Source: a virus. From it: 64,000 nucleotides of DNA. Positions 1 to 12,495 of the stretch are shown in pieces. The notes below the pieces were generated by a model that saw only the letters and a program-made list of their open reading frames with translations, was not told where the DNA came from and made no database searches. Position 1 is the first letter of the stretch, and each line of letters starts with the position of its first letter. The position numbers and the translations under genes were made by a program. Location of the stretch: the IMG/VR virus record IMGVR_UViG_3300037483_000443, positions 32,001 to 96,000 of that record. The stretch is one strand, 5' to 3'.

Positions 1-2
1 GA

Positions 3-3000
3 TTTGAGACCGAAACCGTCAACGCGATCCTTGATCAAAACGCAAAGCAAGTTTCAAAGAATGACATTCGTGTTTTCCGTCAAGATGACATTACAGAGAT
101 GGTTTTTGACACTCCCGTTTATACTCTGCATCTGTTGACGTCTGAATTTGAGCACGTCGTTCTTTTTGAAAATAAAGCTACTAACACATTGTTGATCTAT
201 GATCCTTTCTTGGGACAACGTGTTAGTCGAATTTTCATGAGTGGGCAGAAACAAGCCAATTTCTCCGGGCAAATCGACTTTGGTGGTCACTTTTTGCTTG
301 GGAACGAGATGAAAAAGAACATCGAGAGTTCGGTGAATAGCATCATTAATCTCTATGACACTACCGTCAAAGACGTTGATTCTCAAATTCTTGATCGCTC
401 AAGATCATTACTGGGATACCAAAAAAAGTCATACTTTGACGTAAGAGGAACTACAGATACGTCTCAGTTTAGATTTTGGCAAGGGATGATCGCCAATAAG
501 GGTACTAACTTCTCCGTAGATGCTTTCATTAACTCGGCGTCTTATCACGACGCAATCTTGGACGAATACTGGGCTTACAAAGTAGCTGAATATGGAGATT
601 CTCGTTCGATCATAAAGACAGAACTTTTGGTACAGCCAGAGGATTGTATAGGTGAGTATGCTAATTTCATCTTCTTAGAATCGGATGACATTTCTACTCA
701 GTCTACTGATTCAGCAAACTTGTATGACAACGTTGTTTATGACTACAACGGTTTTAGTGCAAGCTCGCAGCTTGACGTTACCGGACTTATCCCAGTAAGC
801 GCAACCGATGAAACACGTTGGTTCTCTTATTCTGATTTGAATACGTTATCATATCTTGAAGCTCAACCTATTGCGACGATGTTTTTACCGTCTGCAAATC
901 AAATTGCAGTAGGTAGTTGCTTTGTCATAACGGATTCAAACGGTCGTCCTGTTAGAGCAGATAGATTTGAGATTATCAACTTCAACTCGACATCAGCGAG
1001 CACGATCATCTTCCGTGAAGCCGGTGATTATATCGTTGGTACAAATCCACCTGATTTTTCTTTACCAAGATTTGAACGATTGAATCAATCTGTGATCAAG
1101 ATTCTTGATCTAGGTGGCGATCTTACTCAGGCTGTGAATTTGATACCAGGACTTGCGTATAACATCATCTCTCAAGGAACTTCAACTGACTTTACCTTGA
1201 TCGGGGCTGCAAACAACAACGTTGGTACTTCATTTGTTGCTACAGGCCCAGGGTATGGTAACGGTGTTGCGACGATCAGTCCTATCGTTCTAGGCGTAAC
1301 TGCTATAATTGTAGGGCAAACTTACACCATCACTACTCTTGGAAACACTGACTTTACACTAATCGGTGCAGCCGCCAACTTGGTCGGTGTAACGTTTACC
1401 GCGGTAAACGTTGGGGTAGGAACTGGTACGGTAACTGCAGTTTCGGCGTTAACTAGTGCAGGTTCATTCGTTATTGGTGTAACATACACCATCAACACTA
1501 CAGGTGTATTAACTGACTTTACGCAAGTTGGTGCACCAAACAACAACGTTGGAACAGAGTTTATCGCGACCGCCGCTGGGACTGGTAGTGGAACCGCAGC
1601 GACGGTAGTAGTTACAGGGTCTCTACAAGTGGTTGCATATGGCCCGGCTTCAAGTTGGTACAGCCCAAACTTGCTTTATGATTATGTTAACAACGTTCTA
1701 GTTAAGAATGACATCATTTGGTGGGATCCGGGTAGGGGAATTCACCACCCACAAGCAGCAGCATCTATCTCTTATGACTTAGATTCCGATCCTGCAATCT
1801 ATACCAGTTCTCTCCTAAGTGATGCAAAGGTATCAAACTTGAAACCCTGGGGATCTGCTCAGGTAGGTAAGATCTGGTGGAATACCGAGAACTTGCACTA
1901 CAAACCATATTCTGATGATAAACAAGTTCCTCAGGTAAAAGATAGAATTGCCTCATGGGGAGCTTTATCTGACATGTCAAGCATCGAGATCTATGAGTGG
2001 GTTAAGTCACAAGTACCTCCGAGTTCTGCAGTTCTTGGACAAAGCATGAATGGCGAGCCTGCGATTACCAACACTTTGACTCGTACACGTACATGGTGGC
2101 AGCGTCCGGTAGCTTGGAGATATTCTTCAAATCCTGATATCACCCCAAGGGCGTTCTTGCAGTATCAACCATCTAGACTGCAGATTACCTACTTTAATGG
2201 TGTCGGTCAAGCAACCCTGAAGACGGGAAGCTTTGACACACTTGGAATCATGATTGGTACTAAGATCTCAGGTACAGAATATTCAAGTACTACTAAACTT
2301 GATAATGTCTTGTCAAAGATCTTTGGTCTTGCGATCGTTTCTTCAACGTCGACAACCGTAGTAGGAACCACTGGAGGGTACGCAGATGGCCCTGGATTCA
2401 CGAACAATGCTACGTTCAGTAACTTCCAAGCGGTTCTTGATCAGAATGTTCTGAAGTACAGAACTACTTCTCTTGGTCAATATGCCCTGAGTACTTCTGC
2501 TGACTTGGCAACTGTTTCAGTGGGATCTCTCAACGTTGGAACTGACTATACAATCACTTCGATTGGACAAACGTCTCCAACGACAGCTGGATACCTTGTC
2601 ATTGGAAAGACCTACGTTATCGTTTCGATAGGATCGACCACAAACTTTATGTTGGTTGGGGCTTCTGCAAACACACCCGGTGTAGAATTTGTGGCGACCG
2701 GAATAAGTAGCGGTGATGGTACTGCAATGCTTGTGACCAATAATGTAAATGCCACGGCTTTGATTCCGGGCTTCACTTACGTGATCACAAATACCGGTAC
2801 GACAGATTTTACCGCTGTTGGGGCTTCTGCAAATACAAACGGAACGGTGTTCATTGCTACAGCTGCTACGACCGGATCTGGTACTTGTTCTACCGCAAAT
2901 ACCGACTTTACGACAGTAGGTGCTATCACCGTGTCACCGGGGTCATTTGTGTCTGGGCAGACGTATGTTATCAAGGCAGCTTCTACCGGTGGTACTTCAA

Positions 3001-3716
3001 CGAACTTCACGTTGATTGGAGCACCAAATAACACTCCCGGAACAACGTTCACTGCTTCTTTCATCGGTGCCGATCCAACGACAGGCACAGGAAGAGCTTA
3101 CAACGCTACGTTTACAGCTTCAAGTACATCTACCACTGGTACTGGAACAGCGCAGTACTCGGTCAATACATATCTTTCCTTGACCCATGTGAGCTCCGGT
3201 GAATCGCAGAAATTGAAAGTGATCAATTCTACTCGCTCCCAGGGCCAAACTCTTTCCTATAACTTTGACGCGTTGGGTGTCCAAGTAAGTGCGACACTGG
3301 GAGTAAACTTACCGCATGCTTCAACGATTGTCAGTGGACTTGTAAGCGGAAATGCTGACATCAATCTACGTAGTTCTGTGACAGTGAAAATCCCGATGAT
3401 CTTTAATGATGGGACAACTACTTTTACAGAATTTTTCTCTAATACTGACACTCTATCTCAGCTTGGCTGGATAGCTTGGAATGATCCAACGACGAACCCG
3501 AATTTAGGTAATCCTCCACCTAAAAATCTTTATGAACCGCTGGTCGGAGATTGGGTTCAGGTGGGGTCAAATCTTCATGCGGTGTCTGATGATATTGTTC
3601 TTCGTATCTCAGATCCATGGACTTGGTTTGATGGCTTAGATTACACTCCATACAAATCTTCATGGACTGCCTGGACTAAGATGTCTCCTACGATTATTGA
3701 AGCATACAACCTGTAA
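3..3716 (+). CDS. Large virion structural protein, probably baseplate wedge (5'-truncated by window), with 7 copies of a ~48-aa inserted module
   Basis: Frame open from nt 3; >1200 aa, T/S/G-rich; tail gene cluster; IWWD/GKIWWN segments typical of jumbo-phage baseplate proteins (from recall). Confidence 0.65.
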   Translation, partial: FETETVNAILDQNAKQVSKNDIRVFRQDDITEMVFDTPVYTLHLLTSEFEHVVLFENKATNTLLIYDPFLGQRVSRIFMSGQKQANFSGQIDFGGHFLLGNEMKKNIESSVNSIINLYDTTVKDVDSQILDRSRSLLGYQKKSYFDVRGTTDTSQFRFWQGMIANKGTNFSVDAFINSASYHDAILDEYWAYKVAEYGDSRSIIKTELLVQPEDCIGEYANFIFLESDDISTQSTDSANLYDNVVYDYNGFSASSQLDVTGLIPVSATDETRWFSYSDLNTLSYLEAQPIATMFLPSANQIAVGSCFVITDSNGRPVRADRFEIINFNSTSASTIIFREAGDYIVGTNPPDFSLPRFERLNQSVIKILDLGGDLTQAVNLIPGLAYNIISQGTSTDFTLIGAANNNVGTSFVATGPGYGNGVATISPIVLGVTAIIVGQTYTITTLGNTDFTLIGAAANLVGVTFTAVNVGVGTGTVTAVSALTSAGSFVIGVTYTINTTGVLTDFTQVGAPNNNVGTEFIATAAGTGSGTAATVVVTGSLQVVAYGPASSWYSPNLLYDYVNNVLVKNDIIWWDPGRGIHHPQAAASISYDLDSDPAIYTSSLLSDAKVSNLKPWGSAQVGKIWWNTENLHYKPYSDDKQVPQVKDRIASWGALSDMSSIEIYEWVKSQVPPSSAVLGQSMNGEPAITNTLTRTRTWWQRPVAWRYSSNPDITPRAFLQYQPSRLQITYFNGVGQATLKTGSFDTLGIMIGTKISGTEYSSTTKLDNVLSKIFGLAIVSSTSTTVVGTTGGYADGPGFTNNATFSNFQAVLDQNVLKYRTTSLGQYALSTSADLATVSVGSLNVGTDYTITSIGQTSPTTAGYLVIGKTYVIVSIGSTTNFMLVGASANTPGVEFVATGISSGDGTAMLVTNNVNATALIPGFTYVITNTGTTDFTAVGASANTNGTVFIATAATTGSGTCSTANTDFTTVGAITVSPGSFVSGQTYVIKAASTGGTSTNFTLIGAPNNTPGTTFTASFIGADPTTGTGRAYNATFTASSTSTTGTGTAQYSVNTYLSLTHVSSGESQKLKVINSTRSQGQTLSYNFDALGVQVSATLGVNLPHASTIVSGLVSGNADINLRSSVTVKIPMIFNDGTTTFTEFFSNTDTLSQLGWIAWNDPTTNPNLGNPPPKNLYEPLVGDWVQVGSNLHAVSDDIVLRISDPWTWFDGLDYTPYKSSWTAWTKMSPTIIEAYNL

Positions 3717-3726
3717 ATAGAACACT

Positions 3727-6651
3727 ATGTCAGATCTTAACAACATTCTAACCAAGATAAACTCAACGATCGTAGCTCAGTCTGATTCCAGACTGTCGTT
3801 CTCATCACAATACGCATACAGTGTGACAGGCGCAATGAGCGGAACAACTACTCTCACGGGATATGTCGCGATTTACTCGATGACTAATGCTACATATCTG
3901 ACTGATCTTGTTCCAATTTCAGGAGGTGCATGGAGTACATCTACCGCGATTGCTGGAATCAAGATCATTGAAAACTGTGCAAGCGGTACGTTGAATGCTG
4001 CTGGAACAATTTCTTGTACAACAAACATCGTTACGGGGGTTGGTACTTCATTCACAACACAAGCTGTGGTAGGTGGGTTGATCTACGTCAACGGTCAGCG
4101 TGGCTGGATTCAGTCAATTCAAAATAACAATCAGCTTACTCTTTGGTCAAACGTTACTACATCTTTTTCTGGAGTTGCTTATTCAATTCTAGGACCAACG
4201 ATAGCTAGAACAATTTCAAATGGAACTCCTCCCTCACTTCCAGTAAGCTATGTAGTTCCATTTAACGATCCAGATTTTCAACAATCTGGTAGAGGAACGA
4301 AGAGCAATATAGAAGATGTTGGTTCTTACTTGTTAGTTTGTGCACGTAATCAAAATTTTACAACTGGTAATGCTGTAGTAGATGCTCTAACCTTGCTTTC
4401 AGGGTATGTAGATGCTAATTTGGGTACAATCGGTGCTTTGCCTATTACAGCTAACAGCTTTAATCTCTCAGTTGGAGATTTAAATTCAGTGCGAACTGGA
4501 GTTTCAGCTTGGGTTGGAACTGCTCTATGTGAGTACTATAAGTCTTCTGGATACATCCCTGCTCTCTCTTTAGCAGAGAAAATCGGTACTTATCTTCTGA
4601 GTGTTCAGGTATCACGGTTTTCAGTAAATGATCGTCGTTCTGGACTGATTGTAACTGGTCAAGATGCCGGGATTCTCTCGATTCAGGCATCAACAGAATC
4701 TAACGTTAACGCTTACTTCTTTTTCAAGGATCTTTACAGCCTAACTCTAAACATCACACACCGACAGGCTTATTTTGACATACAGTGGGGCTTGTTGAAC
4801 CATCTCTATGATGGTACTCTCGGTAGATTTTTGTACGGTACCTCGTCTACTACTGGAGATTACGCAGAGTCCATAAGCTTATATGCAGAGGGTGGCATAT
4901 TCTTGCTTGACTCAAATGAGGTTGATAAGTCAGTAGCCATCGCGACTAGAATGATGTCTAAATTCTATGTAACAGGCAAAACGATCGTCTTTGAAAATAA
5001 TTACCCATCTAAGTACAATCAAACATACTCGAACACAGCAGCTGCTAACGGATTGAGAGAAACAGCTCTTACAACAGATGGAGATACTACCAGCAGTTAC
5101 ATAAATCCTCCTGATTCAATTTCGGTTTACGGGACGCAGGAAGCTCTGTTGATGCTTTCTAGATTAAACAATCCAGCGTTTATCTCCCAACAATCAGATC
5201 TATCGGCTGGTCAGGAAATCATTTATAACACCATCGGTGACGGATCGATCGTCGGATATACTAGCTCTAGCCGTCTATCTCCGTACGAGTTCCAAGTGTG
5301 GCCGTCTTTGACAGCTTTGTGTTGGTGGTGGCTAAGAGCTTCTGCTTCAAGCTTACTTTACCCAACCACTACTGCGCTTCCACAATTCAGTTCTCTATTT
5401 GCGTTCCCTGGGTTTACCCAGGCTCAAGTTCAAACTCAGGGAGTTGTTTACTTGAATGAAACGCGCTTGAAATCATCTCAGTGGTCTGTTACGATGTCTG
5501 GTAATACACCGACCGTCATCGTCGATCCTACATTAATCAAGCAGGGGGACTTGATTAGAGCTGTTGTGAACCCTTATGTACCAACGATTAATGATTATGC
5601 GTTTGATCCGACGATAAGTGACACTAATCCTCTGTTGTTGAATCAATATAAGCAAGATATTCCGTATGTCACTGAAGTTCTAAGAGATTCAAATGACAAT
5701 TTGTCTATCACAAATTACTACTATTGGGCAAAAAATAAGACAACTATCGGTTTAGCTGGACAGCTTTCAACGGTCGACATTACTAACTTGATGACAGAAA
5801 ACTCTGACATCTATGCGATCCCACTACAACTCAAGCCGTACAATCAGACCGACGGACGTCCTAATCGTTATTCTCGGCTGACTATTAAGAGTTTGAATCG
5901 TGAAGTAAATGCTGTCAACCACTACAAGCTTCGATTGAACAAAAACCAAACTATGCGAGACCGTGATGAGAACAGCAACTTAAAACCGGTCTTCACCGAG
6001 TGGAAGCTGCTTCGTCGAGGACAGCTTGATCTAATTCCCCTTGACTTGTGGAATGTATTGGTAGATACATTAGCTGCGAGCACTCAATTAAATCTACCGC
6101 TCCCATACACTTCACTACAGCTATATGACAAGAAGAATAAAACTTCAGTTAGCTATGGATTGAATACAGGACAGGTAATGACAGATGCAGACATCGCGAT
6201 CGCTACCGTGAAGCATACGATTCTAAATACTCAAGTCAATAAATATGTCAACGGTTCATTCATACCTGATTACATTTCGTATACGCCATCTCCTGTGAAT
6301 GAGATGTACGGATCTTCTGGAATGTTTGACATTGCAATGCTTGATACATATTTTAGCACGACTGATAACATCAGACAACTTATGTCTGACTTGTGGCGTT
6401 TTGCAAAACCTGCACAGGTTAATGAGATTTTCTTCAATGTGTTGCAAGATATGGCTGCAAAGAGCCTGGAAATGGATTCTTTCTTTAAGACTTCATTCGT
6501 ATCTCTGAACGAGATCAAAGCAGTTACTGCTACAAATCAGACTTTGGATGTAGCTACAAGCGCTGCAACTACAACCGGTGCAACACTTTGGGATTTTGTA
6601 CCTACGCCAAATTGGGATAATCCACCACCGCCGACTAACTGGATAAACTAA
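3727..6651 (+). CDS. Structural protein with a central six-hairpin glycosidase-like domain and a baseplate-wedge-like C-terminus
   Basis: 974 aa; TAAATAG just upstream; [25 protein letters not shown] resembles an (alpha/alpha)6 barrel; C-terminal YYYWAK..FFKTSF. Confidence 0.5.
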   Translation: MSDLNNILTKINSTIVAQSDSRLSFSSQYAYSVTGAMSGTTTLTGYVAIYSMTNATYLTDLVPISGGAWSTSTAIAGIKIIENCASGTLNAAGTISCTTNIVTGVGTSFTTQAVVGGLIYVNGQRGWIQSIQNNNQLTLWSNVTTSFSGVAYSILGPTIARTISNGTPPSLPVSYVVPFNDPDFQQSGRGTKSNIEDVGSYLLVCARNQNFTTGNAVVDALTLLSGYVDANLGTIGALPITANSFNLSVGDLNSVRTGVSAWVGTALCEYYKSSGYIPALSLAEKIGTYLLSVQVSRFSVNDRRSGLIVTGQDAGILSIQASTESNVNAYFFFKDLYSLTLNITHRQAYFDIQWGLLNHLYDGTLGRFLYGTSSTTGDYAESISLYAEGGIFLLDSNEVDKSVAIATRMMSKFYVTGKTIVFENNYPSKYNQTYSNTAAANGLRETALTTDGDTTSSYINPPDSISVYGTQEALLMLSRLNNPAFISQQSDLSAGQEIIYNTIGDGSIVGYTSSSRLSPYEFQVWPSLTALCWWWLRASASSLLYPTTTALPQFSSLFAFPGFTQAQVQTQGVVYLNETRLKSSQWSVTMSGNTPTVIVDPTLIKQGDLIRAVVNPYVPTINDYAFDPTISDTNPLLLNQYKQDIPYVTEVLRDSNDNLSITNYYYWAKNKTTIGLAGQLSTVDITNLMTENSDIYAIPLQLKPYNQTDGRPNRYSRLTIKSLNREVNAVNHYKLRLNKNQTMRDRDENSNLKPVFTEWKLLRRGQLDLIPLDLWNVLVDTLAASTQLNLPLPYTSLQLYDKKNKTSVSYGLNTGQVMTDADIAIATVKHTILNTQVNKYVNGSFIPDYISYTPSPVNEMYGSSGMFDIAMLDTYFSTTDNIRQLMSDLWRFAKPAQVNEIFFNVLQDMAAKSLEMDSFFKTSFVSLNEIKAVTATNQTLDVATSAATTTGATLWDFVPTPNWDNPPPPTNWIN

Positions 6652-6658
6652 GGACAAC

Positions 6659-9600
6659 ATGGCTTCTAACATCGATCCAACAAGACCAACGCATGTCAAC
6701 CCTCAAACTGAGGACGTGCGTCTTAATTTTCAGCATGCTCATGATGAAATCAATGTTCTTCAAGAACAAGTAGCTGGAATTTTGATAGGTCCTACTGGCC
6801 CCACTGGTCCCACTGGTCCTACTGGCCCCACTGGACCTACTGGCCCCACTGGTCCTACCGGTCCTACTGGCCCCACTGGTCCCACTGGTCCTACTGGCCC
6901 TTCAGTGACAGGTCCTATCGGTCCTACCGGGTCAAATAGTGTCTTAACTGAAGTTGCTGGATTGGAAGATCTCCCAGTTCCGGGTACTCTTCCGAACTTC
7001 AATGAATATCTAGTCGGTCCTAGAGCTGGTACAAACGATTCTGTACTCGTTGTCAAGGGGTCTAGTGCGGCTTGGGAATTTCCTCAGTATGTGGCAGAGA
7101 TTCAATTTAACGGATCCTCGGTCGGTACTGCAACAGCAGGCGGAACTATCAATACTGTAGTAAGCACTTCTTCAGATTTTACTTCTCTTACTGATACTGC
7201 TAATCCGGTAGGAGTCGGAACACACATCATCCAATTCTTAACTGGTGCTCTTGCAGGTCTTCCTCGATTTGTGACTAGCGTAGTCGGTTCGACGGTAACA
7301 GCAGAAACCCCTTGGGCTTCTGCGCCTTCGGTAGGTGACACTTTCAAGATTTACAAGAGAGATCTTGTGCTCATGAATTCGTTGGAGCAATTTAGCTTTT
7401 CTAAGACGCTGAAACAAAACACAGGTATCAATTATCTGGCCCGTCTAGTTAGAGCTGGTACTAGAGCAGTTCGTGAATATAGTGACATCACAGACGGTGG
7501 AACTGCCGGATTGACTCCAGGGACGATCTCTGAGGCGGCAACTACGTTCAATGCCCAGTTTACGTTGTCTCCTACACCTACAAACGTCTTATCATGTACA
7601 ACAACCGTTGGATCAGACATCATTCTCACTGCTAATACTTCATCGGTATCTATCGGAGATAACATAGCAGGGGTGGGTATCCCTGTAAATTCATGGGTAA
7701 TTGCTATCAATGCTGGAGTAAGCTTTACTATCAACAATTTAGCATCTGCTAACGGTACTGTAACTCTTACAAGTACTCGTTATTGGGTTCGCGATCGTTC
7801 TAATGCAGGTGATCACTCTTATCTTCGTAGAATCAATGAAAGCTACGAAGAAGAAATTTGGTTTTCTGACAACACCGTCGCTGCCACTGGTGTTTTGTGG
7901 CAGCTACGCAGCCGCATCCAATTGATTACAGGTCAGAATCACCTGTATGGTATCTTGACTGTTACACAAGACCCATCTACTCAATTTGAACTCGCGACCA
8001 AGGGATACGTAGATGCTACAGCCCAGGGATTAAACATCAAAGATCCGGTGCACTGTGCAGCAAACGGAGTCAATGTTGTTTTGTCTGGTGTTCAAACTAT
8101 CGACGGATTCTTGGGTACTGCTGGGGTAACCCGTGTACTGCTTGCATATCAAGCAGTACCTTCTGAGAACGGAATTTGGATCATGCAGACAGGTGCATGG
8201 ACCCGCTCTACCGATACAAACAACCCTGGAGTGAATTCTGCACCAACCGCAACGAACATGATTCGAGGATATACTTTTGTCGCAAACGGTAATAACACGA
8301 CCGGTACTTCGTGGGTCATGACTACTAACCCATATACTCTTGATACTACTGCGCTGGTATGGACTCAGTTCTTTGCAGCGGGATCAATTACCGCGTCACA
8401 GGGGCTGCAGAAGATCGGGTCTGATATTCAAACTAAACTCAACCCTTCTGATTTGCGTGTCAACGGAACTACTGGCGATCTTGAAATTCAACCCGCAATT
8501 ACCGGACACACGTACGACGGACTTACTCTTACTTCTAATGCAGTAGGATTTAGCATCTCCGGTGGTTCAACTGCAAAAAATTTAGTTCTCAACAACAGTC
8601 TAAGTTTTTCTGGAACCGATGGTTCTACTTTGAACATTGGGGGTGGTGGTACCTTAGGAACAGCCGCGTACATAAATTTCGTAAACGCAGGTCGAGGTGT
8701 TGTAGATTTTAATACATCGACTAGACCAACTGGAGTTTACGCAGTTGAAGGTGCAGGAAGTAACGGACCGGGCCTGGCATACCCTAACTTAATTCACTGC
8801 ATGAATTCTAACGACTTAGCTTTCCAGATTGCTGGTGGTTACACTACCGATAAAATGTACTTTAGAGGTGGCTATAATCTTACGACGACACCCGGATGGA
8901 CCACGTGGAGAGAAATCATTCACTCTGGCAACATCTCAAGTCAGTCAGTATACTCATCTACCCTGGTTAATAGCGTATTAGATGGTGGAATCGTTAATAA
9001 CCAATCGGGTGCATCTGGATGGATCGGTAGAATCATATCAAAGAATGTTGCATCCGATTCTTCTGTCGCGATAGGAACTTGCAACGGCCTACCTTCCATA
9101 GCATCACACAACTATGCTCTTACTGCCTGGAAAGATCTGTATGTTAATACAGTTGATGGTTCAGGTGGAGGAACGATACGGATGCCTGGCGGGATCGTCA
9201 TTACACCTGGCACGATCAATGCTACAAGTTTCGTAGGAACTGCTTCGAATGCTACTACGTTTATTGGGAACTGGACCAATTGGGTATCATATCGCTCTCA
9301 AGCGGTTGCGAACATGCTGGGTTGGAAGGCATACGGCAACAATCATGTGATCTTTGACGCCTCCGCAGGCTCGTCCCCCACCGGCTCGGCGGTGAACAAC
9401 ACCAACGCCCAAATTCCGTGGGCTGGATCTTATCCGACGTTAATGGGTTGGAACGGGGTAAACACCTTTGGTGTCAGAGTAGACAGCGCGAGGGTGGCGG
9501 ACAACGGCATCTCCAAGTTCATATCCACGATACTGACGGTTCCGACCGCGGTCGCACAGGCACAATCTGTAGCTCATGGACTTGGTGCAGTTCCAGCGTT

Positions 9601-9847
9601 AGTAAGATTAGTAGCTGTATGTAAAGTCGCTGGATATGGATATGCCGTTGGAGATGAGGCTGAAGTTCTATGTGGTGCGTATGACAATGGCAACGTTCAG
9701 CTCAAACCGTGGGCAAGTGCAACCTACGTCGGTTGGAGTTCAGGCTCAAATATGATGATAATAAATCGAAGCTTAGCCCAAGGTAATGCGCTGAATATAA
9801 TTAACCTCGGCGTGTACTTCGGTCTAAGGGTATATGCTTACTTATAA
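6659..9847 (+). CDS. Collagen-repeat tail fibre protein
   Basis: 12x GPT near N-terminus; ATKGYVD..QGLNIKD..ENGIW fibre module; [16 protein letters not shown]; mosaic C-terminus. Confidence 0.8.
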   Translation: MASNIDPTRPTHVNPQTEDVRLNFQHAHDEINVLQEQVAGILIGPTGPTGPTGPTGPTGPTGPTGPTGPTGPTGPTGPTGPSVTGPIGPTGSNSVLTEVAGLEDLPVPGTLPNFNEYLVGPRAGTNDSVLVVKGSSAAWEFPQYVAEIQFNGSSVGTATAGGTINTVVSTSSDFTSLTDTANPVGVGTHIIQFLTGALAGLPRFVTSVVGSTVTAETPWASAPSVGDTFKIYKRDLVLMNSLEQFSFSKTLKQNTGINYLARLVRAGTRAVREYSDITDGGTAGLTPGTISEAATTFNAQFTLSPTPTNVLSCTTTVGSDIILTANTSSVSIGDNIAGVGIPVNSWVIAINAGVSFTINNLASANGTVTLTSTRYWVRDRSNAGDHSYLRRINESYEEEIWFSDNTVAATGVLWQLRSRIQLITGQNHLYGILTVTQDPSTQFELATKGYVDATAQGLNIKDPVHCAANGVNVVLSGVQTIDGFLGTAGVTRVLLAYQAVPSENGIWIMQTGAWTRSTDTNNPGVNSAPTATNMIRGYTFVANGNNTTGTSWVMTTNPYTLDTTALVWTQFFAAGSITASQGLQKIGSDIQTKLNPSDLRVNGTTGDLEIQPAITGHTYDGLTLTSNAVGFSISGGSTAKNLVLNNSLSFSGTDGSTLNIGGGGTLGTAAYINFVNAGRGVVDFNTSTRPTGVYAVEGAGSNGPGLAYPNLIHCMNSNDLAFQIAGGYTTDKMYFRGGYNLTTTPGWTTWREIIHSGNISSQSVYSSTLVNSVLDGGIVNNQSGASGWIGRIISKNVASDSSVAIGTCNGLPSIASHNYALTAWKDLYVNTVDGSGGGTIRMPGGIVITPGTINATSFVGTASNATTFIGNWTNWVSYRSQAVANMLGWKAYGNNHVIFDASAGSSPTGSAVNNTNAQIPWAGSYPTLMGWNGVNTFGVRVDSARVADNGISKFISTILTVPTAVAQAQSVAHGLGAVPALVRLVAVCKVAGYGYAVGDEAEVLCGAYDNGNVQLKPWASATYVGWSSGSNMMIINRSLAQGNALNIINLGVYFGLRVYAYL
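6788..6895 (+). repeat. 9-bp tandem repeat x12 (GGN CCY ACY) encoding collagen-like (Gly-Pro-Thr)12
   Basis: Read directly from sequence. Confidence 0.95.
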
Positions 9848-9855
9848 ATGGAAAT

Positions 9856-10074
9856 ATGATGAAAACTGAACTCTTAAATCTTGGATATGCCCCCGTCCCT
9901 CATAAGTTAAGCAATGAGACAATCTGTGTGGGAGTGGTACTCCCACTTTCAAGGCATCCGGACATCGTGTCTACATTGATTTCCTCTATTTCACCCAAAA
10001 AAATCGATAGTAATCACCAAACTTTGGAACTTGGTAAAGATCTGCTGCTCTTTTGGCCTAACATTGCTTACTAA
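9856..10074 (+). CDS. Hypothetical protein
   Basis: 72-aa ORF filling the gap between structural genes. Confidence 0.5.
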   Translation: MMKTELLNLGYAPVPHKLSNETICVGVVLPLSRHPDIVSTLISSISPKKIDSNHQTLELGKDLLLFWPNIAY

Positions 10075-10079
10075 GCCCG

Positions 10080-12452
10080 ATGAATATAAATGATGCCCTC
10101 ACCCAAGCGTTGATCGATTACATCAACGATGTCAAGCCGTTTCACACTAAGTTTCGTGAAACAGCTTCACAGATCTTTTTTGAAGATCAGTTTAATGTAA
10201 ATGTGAGTGAAAACTATATCGTTGAGTCACACTTCAAGAATTCTTGGGGACGAGACGATCTCGGAGGTTTTGGTCTACAGAAGCTCTCAGAAGGAGATCT
10301 TGATGATGCCACATACACTCTTCCAGCAACGGTCTTCTCAAATTTTAGTCTCAATGACGGGATAAACGTAGGTCAGACTCCTGTAGGTAACGATCCAGCT
10401 ACACTCAACGCAGACGGTAGTGGGTTTCCGTTTATTGATTCTGGTGATGGAATTCCAGATTCGGAAACTCCCTGGGAAGTTACTGCTGGAAGCTTCATAG
10501 TCGGTAACTCATATACGATCGTTTCTATCGGATCTACTGATTTTTCTCTCATCGGCGCAACAGTAGTCACTGCTGGATCTCTCAGCTATGGCAGATCATA
10601 CATGATTCTTGCTGCGAATACAACGGATTTTACGCTTGTTGGATCGGATTCTAATACAGCTGGTACAATCTTCCAGGCAACCGGGCATGGAGTAGGTACT
10701 GGAACCGTCTATGAATTAAGATTCACGGCAACCGGCCCTGGAACGGGAACTGGTAAAGCTGCGCTGAATACTTTTTCCCATCAAATGGGAAGCAACCAGA
10801 TTCCAGTTGAAGCAAAAATTTTATCAGTGGTCTACGGTAACACATCCTTTTCAATTACATTTGACGCAAGTTACGAAGCCACCTATGGTTTCGACCCAAA
10901 TCTGATCAGAGTTACCGTCAATGATCAAGAATATGACGTTGCAGATACAGCGTTCTTTGTTAAAACGAGCACTCCCGTACCAGGGTACACAAATGCAGCT
11001 ACGATCACTATGACGATTCCCGGTGGATTGATCGCCCCAGCAAATCGTGTAACGGTGACATACTTGAGTACAGGGCGGTTCTTAGTGCCGTTTCACCAAG
11101 GATCCCGCGTTCGAGTTGACGGAAGCTTACAACAATTGGGTGTTCATTACGTAATTGATAAAACCAGAACATTCATTCAATTTCTACCAAACCGTCATCC
11201 TCGACTCTCACATCATGTAGACATAAATCTTATGAAGTCTGATAAGTTGTTCATCTGTAAGCATGATCCGTTTGCCTACAGGGGATTTCAAGATACGTTC
11301 ATAGTAACATCCGTTTCAACTCCAGGTTTTGTTAGTGCAGGTTCACTTGTTATAGGTTTGGGATATACGATCATGACGGTTGGAACTACTGACTTTACCC
11401 AAATTGGAGCGGCATCGAATACCGTTGGATTGACTTTTACTGCTACCGGAATAGGTGCAGGGACTGGTGCTGCTGCTCCTGCTTCTATGACAAATTTGAG
11501 AATGTCTACCAAAGAGATTCTTGCTGGTTTTTCTTACATCATCATCTCGGCTGACACTGCTGACTTGACGATGATCGGAGCTAACGATAATCTACCAGGA
11601 ACATCTTTTACTGCATCTGCAAATGGAAACATTCTTGTTGGATCTGGCTCGGTAGTCCCTAGTGTCACCTGTAGTGTTCAGTTCAATAACGCAGACCCTC
11701 TCACTCACAAGGCTCAACTAACGAACGTCATCACGACAGCATCTGCTGGAACTGTATGGACCTTAACAGCCATCGGTCCGTGGACTTTTCAAGTACAGAA
11801 AACTTCTCCCCTAAGCTCAACCACGACCAAAGCTTACTTCAAAGTACCGTATGGTGATGGAGAGCTGTCTTTTACGTTAGATCGAACCTGGGTAAACTAT
11901 TACGTTAGTGATAATGTAGCTTATGTCTCCTACGACATTCAACAAGATGTGAATAGCTACTACACATATGATGAGTCACTGCTCGGCACTGGGGATGGAT
12001 ACGGAGCAGAAGAATTCTTCCCAAATCTTGACTCTGTTACCGAACATGGAGTTGTGTCTGATCCAGTTCCACCGATACACTCACCGGTTCGATTCAATCA
12101 GTTTGGGATCGTTAGTAAAACTTCTGACGGAAGTTACAAGTTCATATTTGACACGATTCCTCCTCGTTATACATACGTAGAATTCAAAGTAGAAAAGGCT
12201 GATCAATACAACCCATCGGTTAGAACTGCTATCACTGAAGATGTGAAGCTCTACGTGACCTATGATTCTATCACTGAAGGTGGAATCGTGGCCGGAAATA
12301 CTTACGTTATCAACTCTGTCGGGTTCTCTGATTTTACGGCAATCGGCGCCCCATCAAACACGGTAGGAGTGATGTTTTTGGCTTTATTAGATGGAAACCC
12401 ATTTGGGTCAGGAACTGTTTCGAGAATAGAAACAGTTCCTCTTACTCCTTAA
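10080..12452 (+). CDS. Baseplate-associated structural protein with 5 copies of the ~48-aa module
   Basis: N-terminal DYINDVKPFHTKFRE motif typical of baseplate wedge C-terminal regions; tail cluster. Confidence 0.6.
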   Translation: MNINDALTQALIDYINDVKPFHTKFRETASQIFFEDQFNVNVSENYIVESHFKNSWGRDDLGGFGLQKLSEGDLDDATYTLPATVFSNFSLNDGINVGQTPVGNDPATLNADGSGFPFIDSGDGIPDSETPWEVTAGSFIVGNSYTIVSIGSTDFSLIGATVVTAGSLSYGRSYMILAANTTDFTLVGSDSNTAGTIFQATGHGVGTGTVYELRFTATGPGTGTGKAALNTFSHQMGSNQIPVEAKILSVVYGNTSFSITFDASYEATYGFDPNLIRVTVNDQEYDVADTAFFVKTSTPVPGYTNAATITMTIPGGLIAPANRVTVTYLSTGRFLVPFHQGSRVRVDGSLQQLGVHYVIDKTRTFIQFLPNRHPRLSHHVDINLMKSDKLFICKHDPFAYRGFQDTFIVTSVSTPGFVSAGSLVIGLGYTIMTVGTTDFTQIGAASNTVGLTFTATGIGAGTGAAAPASMTNLRMSTKEILAGFSYIIISADTADLTMIGANDNLPGTSFTASANGNILVGSGSVVPSVTCSVQFNNADPLTHKAQLTNVITTASAGTVWTLTAIGPWTFQVQKTSPLSSTTTKAYFKVPYGDGELSFTLDRTWVNYYVSDNVAYVSYDIQQDVNSYYTYDESLLGTGDGYGAEEFFPNLDSVTEHGVVSDPVPPIHSPVRFNQFGIVSKTSDGSYKFIFDTIPPRYTYVEFKVEKADQYNPSVRTAITEDVKLYVTYDSITEGGIVAGNTYVINSVGFSDFTAIGAPSNTVGVMFLALLDGNPFGSGTVSRIETVPLTP

Positions 12453-12495
12453 AATTGAGAACCATCTACATAAATAGAAATATGAAAGGTACAAG

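Noticed and set aside
6788-6895. CRISPR array
   Set aside because: 9-bp coding repeat without spacers; no cas operon; the PD-(D/E)XK nuclease is a common stand-alone phage gene.
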